A DNA stretch of 64,000 nucleotides. Origin: an uncultured Hormoscilla sp. (lineage in GTDB: Bacteria; Cyanobacteriota; Cyanobacteriia; Cyanobacteriales; Desertifilaceae). The position numbers and the translations under genes are program-made. The stretch covers positions 2,944,001 to 3,008,000 of the forward strand of contig OZ001293.3 of assembly GCA_963921275.4 (NCBI GenBank). Reading direction: 5' to 3'. Position 1 is the first letter of the stretch. The number at the start of each line of letters is the position of its first letter. This document shows positions 12,756-24,283 of this stretch, piece by piece. The notes under the pieces are model-generated. The model made no database searches, had not been told where the DNA came from, and saw only the letters and a list, made by a program, of their open reading frames with translations.

Positions 12756-12988
12756 TGTAACCTTACTGCTCGCACGGTGTAACCTTACTGCTCGCACGGT
12801 GTAACCTTATTGCTCGCAGGGTGTAACCTTATTGCTCGCACGGCGTAACCTTATTGCTCGCAGGGTGTAACCTTATTGCTCGCACGGCGTAACCTTATTG
12901 CTCGCAGGGTGTAACCTTATTGCTCGCACGGCGTAACCTTATTGCTCGCAGGGTGTAACCTTACTGCTCGCAGGGTATAACCTTACTC
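12756..12988. repeat. 22-bp tandem array, about 10.5 copies
   Basis: unit (T/C)GTAACCTTA(C/T)TGCTCGCA(C/G)GG; no spacers. Confidence 0.95.
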
Positions 12989-13005
12989 GAAGCGGGACGC
13001 CCGTT

Positions 13006-16000
13006 CTACGCAACAACCTGCGGTCGGATGGGAATCTCAATGACAAATTCCGCCCCCTGTCCCGGTGCTGAAATACAGCTAAGCTTTCCTCCATGTTTAT
13101 TTACCACGATCGAGTAACTGGTAGACAACCCCAAGCCTGTGCCAGCACCCACTGGCTTCGTGGTAAAGAATGGGTCAAAAATCTTCTTTTTGACTTCGGA
13201 GGGAATACCAGTACCATTATCAGCAATGCGGATCTTCACCCAGTCTGAAGCTGTCACCTCGGTGCGAATGGTAATTTTCGGTAAATTTTTATCTCCCAGG
13301 CCCGATGCTTTCTGCTCCTCTGACAAAGCATCAATGGCATTATTTAGCATCTGCATAAACACCTGATTCAGCTCAGAAGCATAACAGGTCACCTTTGGCA
13401 GTTTACCATACTGTTTAATCACCTGAATTTCCTCACGCTCCTTATTTCCTCTGAGTCCAGACTGCAATATTAGTAGAGTGCTGTCGATCCCCTCATGGAT
13501 ATCCACTGGCTTCATGTCGGCTTCATCCAGATGGGAGAAAGAACGCACCTCGTGGACAATATTGCGGATGCGCTCAGCTCCCACTTTCATCGATAAGAGC
13601 AGTTGTTGCAAGTCTCGTACCAGGAATTCTAGGTCGATATCCTCTATGGTCTCGCTGATTTCGGACACTGGGTCCGGATAGTGATACTGGTATTTTTGCA
13701 TCAGGTCGAGAAAGTCTTGAAAATATTCCTCTGCATGAGAGAGATTGCCGTAGATGAAGCTGACTGGGTTGTTGATTTAATGGGCAACACCCGCTATTAT
13801 CTGCCCCAAGCTGGACATTTTTTCCTTCTGAATCAGTTGGGCTTGGGTGCGCTTTAGTTCCTCCAAAGTTTGTTCTAGATGCAGGTTTTTTTCGTTTAAT
13901 TCCTGCGTTCTATCTCTGACTTTATGCTCCACTAAGGCATACAGCAAGGCATTGTCTAGGGCGATCGCCGCTTGGGCAGAAAGCAGCCTTAACACTTCCA
14001 GCCTCTCAGGGGTAAAGGCCCCGCTGATAAGATTGTTTTCTAAGTACAGGATAGCAATTAGTTTGCCCCCCTTGACGATCGGGGTACATAAGAGAGATTT
14101 CAGTTGTACGCGGGCAATATAAGGATCGTTGGTAAAATTTACCTCAGATGCGGCATTGCTTAATACTACATCCGAGCCCGATCGCTGGACATAATGGATT
14201 ACAGTCACTGGCAAATCCCGAGCATCTTCTACTGGCTGTGATTGCTGTACAACTACCAGTTCTGGGTCTACTGCTGAAGAGGCTTCGATCAGCAGTTTTC
14301 CTTCTCTAGGCAATAGCAGACAACCTTGTCGCGCCCCAGCATTTTCCATGAGAATCTTCATCAAGCTTGACAGTAATTTATCCAGGAATATTTCACCGAA
14401 AATAGCTTGGGCTGCTTTCAGCACTGTGGCTAAATCTAGGGAAGCAAAACTCCGGCTACTTCTATAGGTTGTAGCGATCGCCATCTCCTCGATTATCTGA
14501 TTATAGGCTGAATTTTGGGCTAGCAACAGGGGATAGTTTTTCTGCAAATCTTCTACTTTGCGTAATGCGCCCCAAAGTTGGTAGCCATAGTAGGCTTTCT
14601 GCATGTATAGTTGGGCAAATTCCTCTTTGCCTTTGCTTAACCAGAACTTGGCTGCTAGTTCATTGCCTAAGGCTTCATTCTGGACAAACTCGTTTTCTCG
14701 GGCCGAGGAGATGGCTCGATCGTACAAATCCATGATTGTTTCTAAATCTCCACCGGAGATGCGGGCTATTTCTGCGGCTACCAGCAGGTACTTGTGCAGG
14801 AAGTTTTCCGGGCAGATGTCCGCCCAGATTTGCATCTGCTGTTGATTAGCTGTCAATTGTTGCCAATATTGTTGTTTTGTTTCAGCTGAAGCCTCCTGAT
14901 AGAGAGCGGCCAGACTGAGGGAGTAGTAAAAATTATGTTCGGACATTTGGAACTGGCCGAGAATAAAGGAGATCTGCTTTTCTGCTGCCAATGCACAGTT
15001 TAATGCTTCAGTAAAATTGCCGTACAGATAGAGAACCTGAGACTTAAATACATGAAAAGTACATATCCAAGCAAAGCTGTTATGAACCTGACAAAGTTTC
15101 AGATATTGCACCTCGTTAATTTCGTCGTTGTGAAACTCAAGCTGGCTGGCCGTCAGGCCGCTCAAATTACAGAGGGTCAGTTGCAAACTTAATATCCCAT
15201 CAATCGCCCATTGATTTTGATTTTTTTTGTTAAACTGCAAGAACTTGGGCAGAGTTTTTCTCAGAGATTCCAGATTTTGACCTTGATAAAATAAGTAACG
15301 TAATTGGTGATCTAGTATGTATCCCGAGTGCCGGAACTCCCCAGATGACAAACCTGCTTGATACCCGTCACTGAAAATATCTTCAGCCAATTTAAGATGC
15401 TTGACCCAATGATTCAAATGACCAGCCAGAACCAAACAAGCACTGCATTTTTGAGCCGGATTATTGAATTTATCGCTCAGCTGCACCGCCAGCTGGCCAA
15501 ACTCATAGCCCGATCGATAGTCACCTAAAACAGACCCCAGGATCAGTCCGTAAGTAACGTAAGCCTTTGCTGATTCGGGAACGTGACCGTATTTGAGCGA
15601 GATTTGAGCCATTTTGACGACAATCACAGCGTAGAGAGCTTGATTGCTAAAGTAGGCAGGCGGATCGATATTCGACAATAATTTTACTACTAATTTTTGC
15701 TCTGGTATGGTCATTTCCGGTGCATCCAGCAAGGAAGCAATTTCTCGTTCGCCCAAATTCTCCCTTGCTTGGGCTAGTTCTTCATCCAGGGCCTTTTGCA
15801 AATCTGATTCCGGCAAGTCAATCCCTAACTGCTTAAGAGCTTTCCGCCCTGTTTGAATGGCTGCTTCGTATTCAGACATGAGAGTATACTGCACCAGGAG
15901 CATGTCGTACATTTCGGTTTTTTCTAGGGCCGTTTTCACTCGGAACTTCGTCAGGTTAATCAATTGTTGCGATCGCTCGAAGTTGCCGTTTAAGTATTCT

Positions 16001-18400
16001 ACCTCTGCCCTCTCTTTATACAGTGCCAAGGTCAAATCATACTGTGCAATCCAGCTATTTGGGGTTAAACATGTCATCCCTGCTGTCAAATACTCCCTGG
16101 CCGCGGCGTAAGCGGTTGCATCCTTGGCTTTTTGACCCGCTGATAGATTCAAACTTGCCAATTCCACCAGTTCGTCCGCATCTGTAATCAATTCTCGACC
16201 CTGATTTAGATGATCGACTAACTCAAAGATTCTTTCTTCTCGTGCTTCTGAGGGGATATTCGCCAGCAATAGCCGCCCAATCCTGAGATGAATTGCTTTT
16301 TTCTGGTCTGCATCAATCAGGGCTTCAGCAGCCTGTTGCACCCGATCGTGCCGGAATTGATAATTTAAGATTAACAGAGGTGCATCAACTTCCATCATGT
16401 CAGTAGTTTCTAACTCTGATGTGGACTGAATTAATCCTAACTTAATTGCTGGCAGCAGGGCCTCGTAAGTTTCGGCAGCAGATTTTTCCTGGACGATCGA
16501 GAGGGTGTCTAAGTCAAACTGGTTGCCCACACAAGCTGCTAAGGGTAAAACCTGCTGAGTCTGGTCTGGCAGTTTCTGCAATTTCGATATCATCAATTCT
16601 ACCACATTGTCCGTGATGCCCAGGGCCTCAATTCTCTTAATATCCCATTGCCAGCTTCTTGGCTGAAAGTCAAAGGCGAGCAGGTTTTCTTGATGCATGG
16701 TTTTGAGAAATTCATTCACAAAGAAAGGATTCCCTTCTGTTTTCTTGACCACCAGTTCTGCCAAAGGTCTGACCTGATCGCGATCGCTATGCAAGCTATC
16801 GGCAATCAATTGAGTAATCTGCTCCAAGTTTAAGGGCCTTAAGTTAATCTGCTTGACGATCGCCCCTTGCTTTTCGATTTCCTCAAGGGCGAGCATCAAT
16901 GGATGAGTGGGGCTAACTTCATTATCTCGATAGGCGACAATCAAAAGCAGAGAGTGGGTGTCGGTATCCGTCATCATGAGATCAATCAACTTGAGCGTAG
17001 CCGAGTCTGCCCATTGCAAATCGTCTAGAAAGATAACGAAGGGATGTTCCTGTTGACAAAATACCCGGATAAAGTTTTGAAAGACGAGATTAAAGCTGTT
17101 TTGAGTCTCAGTAGGTCCTAGTTCTTGCACCGCAGGCTGAGGTCCGATAATTAATTCCATTTCCGGAATGATATCAATAATCACCTGCCCATTCGGCCCC
17201 AAAGCTGCTAAGATTTGAGAACGCCAGCGGTTAAGTTCGGCTTCACTTTCCGTTAACAGTTGCCGCACTAATTCCCCAAAAGCACTGACTACGGCAGAGT
17301 AGGGTATATTCCGCTGAAACTGGTCAAATTTTCCCGAGATGAAATAGCCGCGTTTGCGGGTAATGGGTTGATAAAGTTCCTGCACTAGAGCTGATTTGCC
17401 GATGCCCGAATAACCCGCCACTAACATCATCTCAGTTTTTCCCTGGCTGATGCGATCGAATGCCTTGAGTAAGGTCTCAACTTCTTGCTCTCGGCCATAG
17501 AGTTTTTGCGGGATTTGGAATTTGTCGGAAATATCTTGATTTCCCAGGGCAAATTCTGATATATTTCCCTGAGTCTGGAGTTGAGTGAGACATAATTCTA
17601 AATCTGCTTTAATTCCACCGGCACTTTGATATCGTTCTTCTGCGGTTTTCGCTAACAATTTCATCACAATGGCTGATACTGCTTGCGGAATATCTCGATT
17701 AAGTTCATGAGGCGGCAATGGCTGTTTGGCGATGTGACAATGCACTAACTCCATGGCATCGGTGGCAGCAAAAGGCAGCTGATGGGTCAGCAGTTGGTAA
17801 AAGGTGGCACCGAGGCTGTAAAAGTCCGTGCGGTAATCGAGCGATCGGTTCATTCTGCCAGTCTGTTCCGGGGACATATAGGGTAAGGTTCCTTCTAAGA
17901 CTGCCGGATTTTTGAGGCTGGTATTTGAACGTGATAAGATGGTGGCAATACCAAAGTCGATGATTTTCAGCTCTCCTGTGGTGGAATTGAAGACGATATT
18001 GGCAGGGTTAATGTCTTTGTGGACGATCTGGCGCAGCCGTGTGGAGCTCGCCCAGAATCTCGGTAATGCGAATGGCGATCGCCAGAAATTCCGACAGGGT
18101 AAACTGGCGTTCCCCGATCGCTGACTGTAAGGAGGAACCACCGAAATCTTCCAATATCATCACCAGAGTATTCTTAACCAGCTGCAAGTCATAGGCTTTG
18201 ATAACGCCATGGATATTCAGTCTACGGAGCAGAGAATATTCCTGCTTATATCGGGTGAGTTCTCGCGGCGTGGGATAATCTTGCTTGAGTACCTTGAGGA
18301 TAACAGGTTTATTATCCTGTTTGCGGATGCCTCGATACACGTAGGAGTTGGCACTTTCATAGATTTGGGCGATAATCTGGTAACCGGGAAGGGCGATCAT
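13006..18400 (-). pseudogene. Ser/Thr kinase-AAA ATPase-GAF-histidine kinase, disrupted
   Basis: HKDINPAN/IDFG, GYSGIGKS, GAF, H-box and HATPase domains spread over three ORFs; frameshift near 18040; in-frame TAA in GVAH*INNP at 13777-13779. Confidence 0.9.
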
Positions 18401-18466
18401 ACTCTCTGTTCTCCTATAGATGTAAATTCACTTCTTAGAAAATAATGCGTTATCGTAGCAGCAGAT

Positions 18467-19336
18467 ATGGGTGATTTAAGTCAGACGCTTTCACTTACAG
18501 CTATGTTAAAACATTATACCTCTGGTTCGGCATTAATTTTGGGCATTTTAGCAATCTTATTTGTCGCCTGTAGCCACAATGAAGTCACAGATGCCAGTAA
18601 CAATGTCAGTTCAACACCAACAATGGATGGCGGTCCCGCACCCGTCGCCCCCCCCGTACAGCCGCCAAGCACAAAAGCGCAGCCGGATTATTATCAGCGA
18701 GCCCGTCTCAAAGCTGACAGTGCTGTAAGTATTGGTCAATCTGCTCAATCTCCTGAGGATTGGCAGCTAGTGGCAAGTCGCTGGCAACAGGCGATCGCCC
18801 TCCTGCAAGCCATACCCCCAGATAGTCCCCAAGCCGCTCAGGCCCTCACCAAAATAGCAGAATACCAGGGCCATCTTGCCCAGGCCCAGGAACAGGCCCA
18901 AAGCAACCGCCCCACATCCTCGACATCAGTGGCCTTCGAGATAGTACCAGCACCTGCGGCAAGGACACCACGAGTTTTTCCCGCCAGAATCAAGCGTCGA
19001 ATTGGTGGTACGCCGGTAATAGATGTGCGTTTTAACGGCTCCCAGACCTTTGAGATGATTGTGGATACGGGAGCCAGTGGCGTTGCGATCACTGAAGATA
19101 TGGCCCGAGCGCTCGCTCTGGTGATTGTCGGGGTAATTCAAGCTAATACAGCTAGTGACAAGGAAGTCCAGTTTCCTGTCGGTTTTGTCGAGGAGATCGC
19201 CGTCGGCGGTGCTACTGTCCGGGATATCCAAGTGGCGATCGCCCCCCAGCTGGACATCGGACTTCTCGGACATGACTTCTTCGGCAATTACGATATCATT
19301 ATTCGCCGAGATGTGATATAATTCCATCTCCGCTGA
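18467..19336 (+). CDS. lipoprotein with retropepsin-like aspartyl protease domain; probable premature stop 5 codons before the original end
   Basis: lipobox-like FVAC, VDTGAS, GLLGHDFF; ends DVI*FHLR*. Confidence 0.8.
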
Positions 19337-19479
19337 ATCAGATTTATGTAGAAAATTTAAGCTTAAGTTAAGTTTTATTGCAATAAGTGAACAAAATCAA
19401 AGGGAGAGAGCTAAGATGTAAAAGGTTGAGGCTGCTAATTGCTAATAGTTAATAGTTAATAGCAATTCGTAGACGCGAC

Positions 19480-19745
19480 GGTGCCTCCCGACTCCTAGGG
19501 GCAGAAAAGGGAGACACCTTCGATGTGCTCTGCTGGTGTGTCTCCTGGGAGCTCGATGTTTCTCGGGAGCTCGATGTCTCCGGAGAGATCGATGTCTTCT
19601 GGGACGAGGCGTCTCCTGGGAGCGCTAATCGCACTACCCAGGAGACGCAGAGCGCTAATCGCACAAAAGAGAAGATATCGTATTCGCACTACTCCAGAGA
19701 CATCGTAATCGCACGTTCCCAGGCAGAGCCGTGGGAACGAGGGGG
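19480..19745. repeat. cluster of nested palindromic REP-like repeats
   Basis: GTGTCTCC...GGAGAC arms, CTAATCGCAC motif, GTTCCCAGGCAGAGCCGTGGGAAC hairpin; related copies near 26497, 31652, 38080. Confidence 0.75.
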
Positions 19746-19829
19746 AAACATCGTAGTCGCAACCATTATCAGTTAGAGGCATCTTTTACAAACTCAAAGG
19801 TTAATAAACAGAGAGAGGCAGAATTAGTT

Positions 19830-21815
19830 ATGACTAGGTATTTGTGTCCTTGTTGTTCGCAACCTCTCATTTTTCACATCAGCCGCAAAAAAAAATTCTG
19901 GTATTGTATCAGCTGTCATCAAGAAATGCCAGCAATAGAAAACCATGAGACAGAATTAACACTTCCGACTGAGTCAAAGTGGGTATTGCCAGATAAGCAA
20001 GAGCTGTACGATCGGATTATTGAAACCACAAAAGAGGGGAGTTTGCTTCTGGATCCAGAAGGGAATACGGCTTTTGTGAATGGCAGGATGACAGAAATGC
20101 TGGGCTACAGTGGGTCGGCAATGCAACGGATGCCGCTGTTGATGTTGATAGATGAGGAATATCAACAGCAGGCAGCCGAAAATCTACTGAGATGCCGTCA
20201 AGGGCTGGATCGGGAAATGGAGTTAAAATTCCGCCACAGAGATGGTTCGGAAGTCTGGGCGAACCTGTCTACTAATTACATCTTTGATGCAGCGGATATA
20301 TACGCAGGAGTGCTAGTAATAGTTACCAACATTACCGAGCAGAAAAGGGCGGCAGAGAAATTGCAAAAGCAACGTCGGCAGCAGCAAGCCCTGAATTTGA
20401 TAACTCAAGCCATCCGCAGTTCGATAGATTTAGAGACGATGTTTTCGGCAGCTGTATCGCAAATGCTCCAACTCCTGCAAGCTGACTACGTTCACATCTT
20501 CCAATATATATATGAACGTCAGCTGTGGTTGAATGTGGCTGAGTCTCGCAGCCATCCAGCCTTGCCCGCGACTCTGGGACGGGAAATTCATGCAGGGGCC
20601 CTCCCTGCTAAAATCAACAGTTTAGAAATTGTGCGCAGTGATGATAACGGCATTGATGCAGACAAGCTGGCTGAAACTTTTACCGGAACTTGGTTGCTAG
20701 TACCGTTGCACTTGGGGGTATCAGTCTGGGGTGGGATAATTATAGTCATGCCAAGTGAATCCTACAAGTGGCAAGAATCAGAGATTGAGTGGCTGCGTAC
20801 TGTTGCCAACCAACTAGACATGGGCATCAACCAAGCTGTATTATATCAACAGTTGGCAGCAGCTCACCAAGAATTAAAGTATTTGGCAGCCTTAGATGAT
20901 ATTCCCAAAAATGTCACTCCCACCTTGCGTTCCCAGGCGGATCCTGGGTTGACACGCACCTGGGAGGATGGGGATACAAAAAAAAAGCCTGCGGGGTTGG
21001 AGAACATTACGACAGAAGGGCGATCTGGTTCTTTTCTCCCTGAGCAATCATTATTAATGAGCTATATTGCCTATTATCTGAGTCGGGGTAAAACTGTGCT
21101 CAGTCCCATGAGTGGTGTCCTATCATTTGACGGGAAACTGTACAATTACCAAGGATATCACGAGGATTTCCAGGATTTTTGGCAGCAACTCCAGCAGCGT
21201 CGCGACTTCCGCGAGCTTTATCTGGAAGCAGATAGTTATTGCTTCGGTGACTTTTTGGCTGGAAGTTGCACTGTGAGCGAGTGCGCCCGTTGTCAGCTAC
21301 CAATATCCATGTCAGCAGGTCATGTTGACAAGGTTCCTGGTTGTAATGGATTCTGTGAGGGTTTATTATCTCAAAAAGAGAATCAGAACTTGGAAGAGCA
21401 ACCTTGCTTAACCTCCGTGCTTGCCATTGGGGCGCTACCAAATGGCTCTAAAAACTTAGAGGAATTGTTCGCTCGCAACGGGTTTGCAGTCACCTTTGTC
21501 AGTCAACCAGAAGAAATTATCTGGCAATCTTTACCTGATACTATAGATCTGGTACTGATTCACGCGGAAGTTTCCCTTGTCGAGGGCAAAGCTTGGACGC
21601 AGTTTCTGCGTCGTCACCCACAACTAAACTCGGCTCCCATTATTGCTCTGAGTGCTGAAGCTGGGCATCCTCTGAGCTGGGTTGAGCGAGATCTCGGAGT
21701 GGAAGATTACCTGCTGACTCCTCTAGGGGGCGAGAGGCTAGCTGCTCATTTGCGCGGCTGTTCTCAATCCCAACTCAGCTTTGCTGGCACTGAGTTGCAT
21801 TGGTTTCCGCGTTAG
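19830..21815 (+). CDS. zinc-ribbon/PAS/GAF sensor protein with C-terminal pseudo-receiver domain
   Basis: CPCC..CISC, PAS ending NITEQK, GAF, CARC domain, receiver-like tail DLVLIH...PIIALS...DYLLTP. Confidence 0.75.
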   Translation: MTRYLCPCCSQPLIFHISRKKKFWYCISCHQEMPAIENHETELTLPTESKWVLPDKQELYDRIIETTKEGSLLLDPEGNTAFVNGRMTEMLGYSGSAMQRMPLLMLIDEEYQQQAAENLLRCRQGLDREMELKFRHRDGSEVWANLSTNYIFDAADIYAGVLVIVTNITEQKRAAEKLQKQRRQQQALNLITQAIRSSIDLETMFSAAVSQMLQLLQADYVHIFQYIYERQLWLNVAESRSHPALPATLGREIHAGALPAKINSLEIVRSDDNGIDADKLAETFTGTWLLVPLHLGVSVWGGIIIVMPSESYKWQESEIEWLRTVANQLDMGINQAVLYQQLAAAHQELKYLAALDDIPKNVTPTLRSQADPGLTRTWEDGDTKKKPAGLENITTEGRSGSFLPEQSLLMSYIAYYLSRGKTVLSPMSGVLSFDGKLYNYQGYHEDFQDFWQQLQQRRDFRELYLEADSYCFGDFLAGSCTVSECARCQLPISMSAGHVDKVPGCNGFCEGLLSQKENQNLEEQPCLTSVLAIGALPNGSKNLEELFARNGFAVTFVSQPEEIIWQSLPDTIDLVLIHAEVSLVEGKAWTQFLRRHPQLNSAPIIALSAEAGHPLSWVERDLGVEDYLLTPLGGERLAAHLRGCSQSQLSFAGTELHWFPR

Positions 21816-22026
21816 ATCGAAGGTTTGTAGTGAAGACTTTAGTCCTCACCGTGGGCGAGGTAAAAACTAAAGTCTGCTAAGCTCAGTTTGCCGCATCTCA
21901 CTTTTGCTGCGACCATATTTTGCCCAGAAACCAGGTTTTGACAAAAAACCTGGTTTCTTACTACGAACGGTCTCGGAAGCACTAAAGTGCTTACTACGAA
22001 CGGACTTTTTTACATATTTGCTACAT

Positions 22027-22776
22027 ATGAGAAAAACTCAGTTTAGCAAACCCCACGGGACAATTGTACTTGCCATGAGCGCTGATGGCAAGATATCCGA
22101 TGTGGGGCGATCGCCTGCTCGTTTCAGTTCAGCAGCAGACAAAGCCCATCTGGAAAAACAAATTGCGATGGCAGATGGAGTATTATCTGGAGCGGGTACT
22201 CTCCGCGCCTATGGGACAACGATGCCCATTTCTAACCCCAAGCTATTGCAGCAACGAGAATCAGATGGCAAACCACCCCAACCAGTGCAAATACTGGTAT
22301 CTATATCGGCTAATATTGACTCTTCTTTACGTTTTTTCCAGCAACCCGTCCCCCGCTGGTTATTAACAACCGCTGCTGGAGCCAAACATTACCACAGTGA
22401 CCGGGATCGACCCGACGTCACCAATAGTAGAGGCTCTGAGTTTGAAAAGATTATCATTGCGAAAATGGGGAATCAAGGGATTGATTGGGTTGAGGCTTTC
22501 CGTCAGTTAGCCCAGCTAGAATTGAAACGTTTAGCAATTCTGGGAGGCGGCGAATTGGTAGCCTCCCTGCTAGCTGCTGATGTGATTGATGAATTATGCT
22601 TGACAGTTTGTCCCTTAATTTTGGGTGGCGCAGCTGCACCCACTCCTGTGGAGGGTGCAGGATTGTTATCAGCGCAACATTTGCAGTTGTTATCTGTTGA
22701 TACTATAGAACAGGAGGGATTTCTGCATTATAGCATTGTCCGACGATCGGGAAATACCTTGGATAGTTTAAGCTGA
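22027..22776 (+). CDS. RibD C-terminal reductase-like protein
   Basis: AMSADGKI, GAGTLR, LGGGELVASL, DEL.LTVCP. Confidence 0.88.
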   Translation: MRKTQFSKPHGTIVLAMSADGKISDVGRSPARFSSAADKAHLEKQIAMADGVLSGAGTLRAYGTTMPISNPKLLQQRESDGKPPQPVQILVSISANIDSSLRFFQQPVPRWLLTTAAGAKHYHSDRDRPDVTNSRGSEFEKIIIAKMGNQGIDWVEAFRQLAQLELKRLAILGGGELVASLLAADVIDELCLTVCPLILGGAAAPTPVEGAGLLSAQHLQLLSVDTIEQEGFLHYSIVRRSGNTLDSLS

Positions 22777-22935
22777 AATTGGGAGCATGTCAACTTGGTT
22801 TCTAAGTATTTTTGCTCTCAAACTGCATTACCTGCTCTTAGGTCAACTAACCACTGCTGACATGCTTTCCTGAAATTAGCTTGCCTTTTTCTCATGATCG
22901 ATCAATTGTTCAAGTTTTTCTCCCAGAGAGTCCCT

Positions 22936-24114
22936 ATGGTGAAACAAATCTCGCCTCGAATTAGAGTTGCCTGGATTGACAAAATTGCCGAAATCCCCCA
23001 AGCTAAGTGGGATACACTAGCCCAACCCCTGAAGACGCCGTTTTTTGAATGGGATTGGTTGCACAATATGGAGGCGTCTGGTAGTGCGGTGGCACGGGCG
23101 GGTTGGCAACCCTGCCATTTGACCCTGTGGCGGGATAAACAACTTATAGCAGCCGCGCCCCTTTATGTCAAGGGTCACAGCTATGGAGAATTTGTGTTTG
23201 ACCACCAATGGGCAGATTCAGCCTATCGGTTGGGGATTGAATATTACCCGAAACTGCTAGGGATGAGTCCCTTTACCCCGGCGGTGGGCTATCGGTTTTT
23301 GATTACCGATGGAGAAGATGAAGATGAACTTACAGAGTTGATGGTAGCAGCGATCGACCATTTTTGCGATCGCCACAATATTTCTGGCTGTAACTTCCTC
23401 TATGTCGATCCAGAATGGCGATCGCGCCTCGAAGGCCACGGCTTTTCCAGCTGGCTGCACCACAACAGTATTTGGCAAAATCAAGGATTTCGGACCTTTG
23501 ATGATTATTTGGGCATGTTTAATTCTAATCAGCGCCGAAATATCAAGCGGGAACGGAAAGCATTATCAAAATCAGGTTTAGAGATGAAAATGCTCTCAGG
23601 CGATGAGATTACTCACTCCTTGCTTTCCTTAATGTACGATTTTTACAGCCACCATTGCGATCAGTTTGGCTGGTGGGGAAGCAAGTATTTAACTAAGGAA
23701 TTCTTTGAGAAATTATATCACAATTATCGCCATCGCGTCTTATTGGCCGCCGCCTACCGGGAAGGGGACGATCGCCATCCAGTGGGGATGTCTTTTTGCA
23801 TCACCAAGGGCGATGGTTTGTACGGGCGCTATTGGGGCAGTTTTTCCGAATACGACTGCCTGCATTTTAATGCTTGCTATTACTCTCCCATTGAGTGGGC
23901 GATCGCGCAGGGCATTCAAATGTTTGACCCCGGTGCGGGGGGGAGTCACAAAAAGCGTCGCGGCTTTCCCGCCACCCCCCATCATAGCTTGCACCGCTTT
24001 TATAATCAACGTCTGATGCAAATTATGCGTACCCACATCGCCAAAATTAATGAAATGGAACGGGAACAAATTGAGGCTATTAACCAAGAATTGCCCTTTA
24101 GTAAACGGGAGTGA
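22936..24114 (+). CDS. FemAB-like GNAT family protein
   Basis: HSYGEFVFDHQWA, LYGRYWG, LHFNACYY, GAGGSHKKRRGF. Confidence 0.9.
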   Translation: MVKQISPRIRVAWIDKIAEIPQAKWDTLAQPLKTPFFEWDWLHNMEASGSAVARAGWQPCHLTLWRDKQLIAAAPLYVKGHSYGEFVFDHQWADSAYRLGIEYYPKLLGMSPFTPAVGYRFLITDGEDEDELTELMVAAIDHFCDRHNISGCNFLYVDPEWRSRLEGHGFSSWLHHNSIWQNQGFRTFDDYLGMFNSNQRRNIKRERKALSKSGLEMKMLSGDEITHSLLSLMYDFYSHHCDQFGWWGSKYLTKEFFEKLYHNYRHRVLLAAAYREGDDRHPVGMSFCITKGDGLYGRYWGSFSEYDCLHFNACYYSPIEWAIAQGIQMFDPGAGGSHKKRRGFPATPHHSLHRFYNQRLMQIMRTHIAKINEMEREQIEAINQELPFSKRE

Positions 24115-24283
24115 TTAATGATTATCTAGAAGTAACCCATAAACAAGGTTTGTTGAAAAAATCTTGTTTATTAATTATTTGATATCCTCTCAGGAAGATC
24201 GCCTATTTTTTTAATTATAGATGAGCGAAAAAATATGAAAAATATATGTTAAGATATAATCCGCAGAGAAAAAAGGAGTAACT

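Noticed and set aside
12756..12988. Possible CRISPR array
   Set aside because: Units are head-to-tail with no unique spacers
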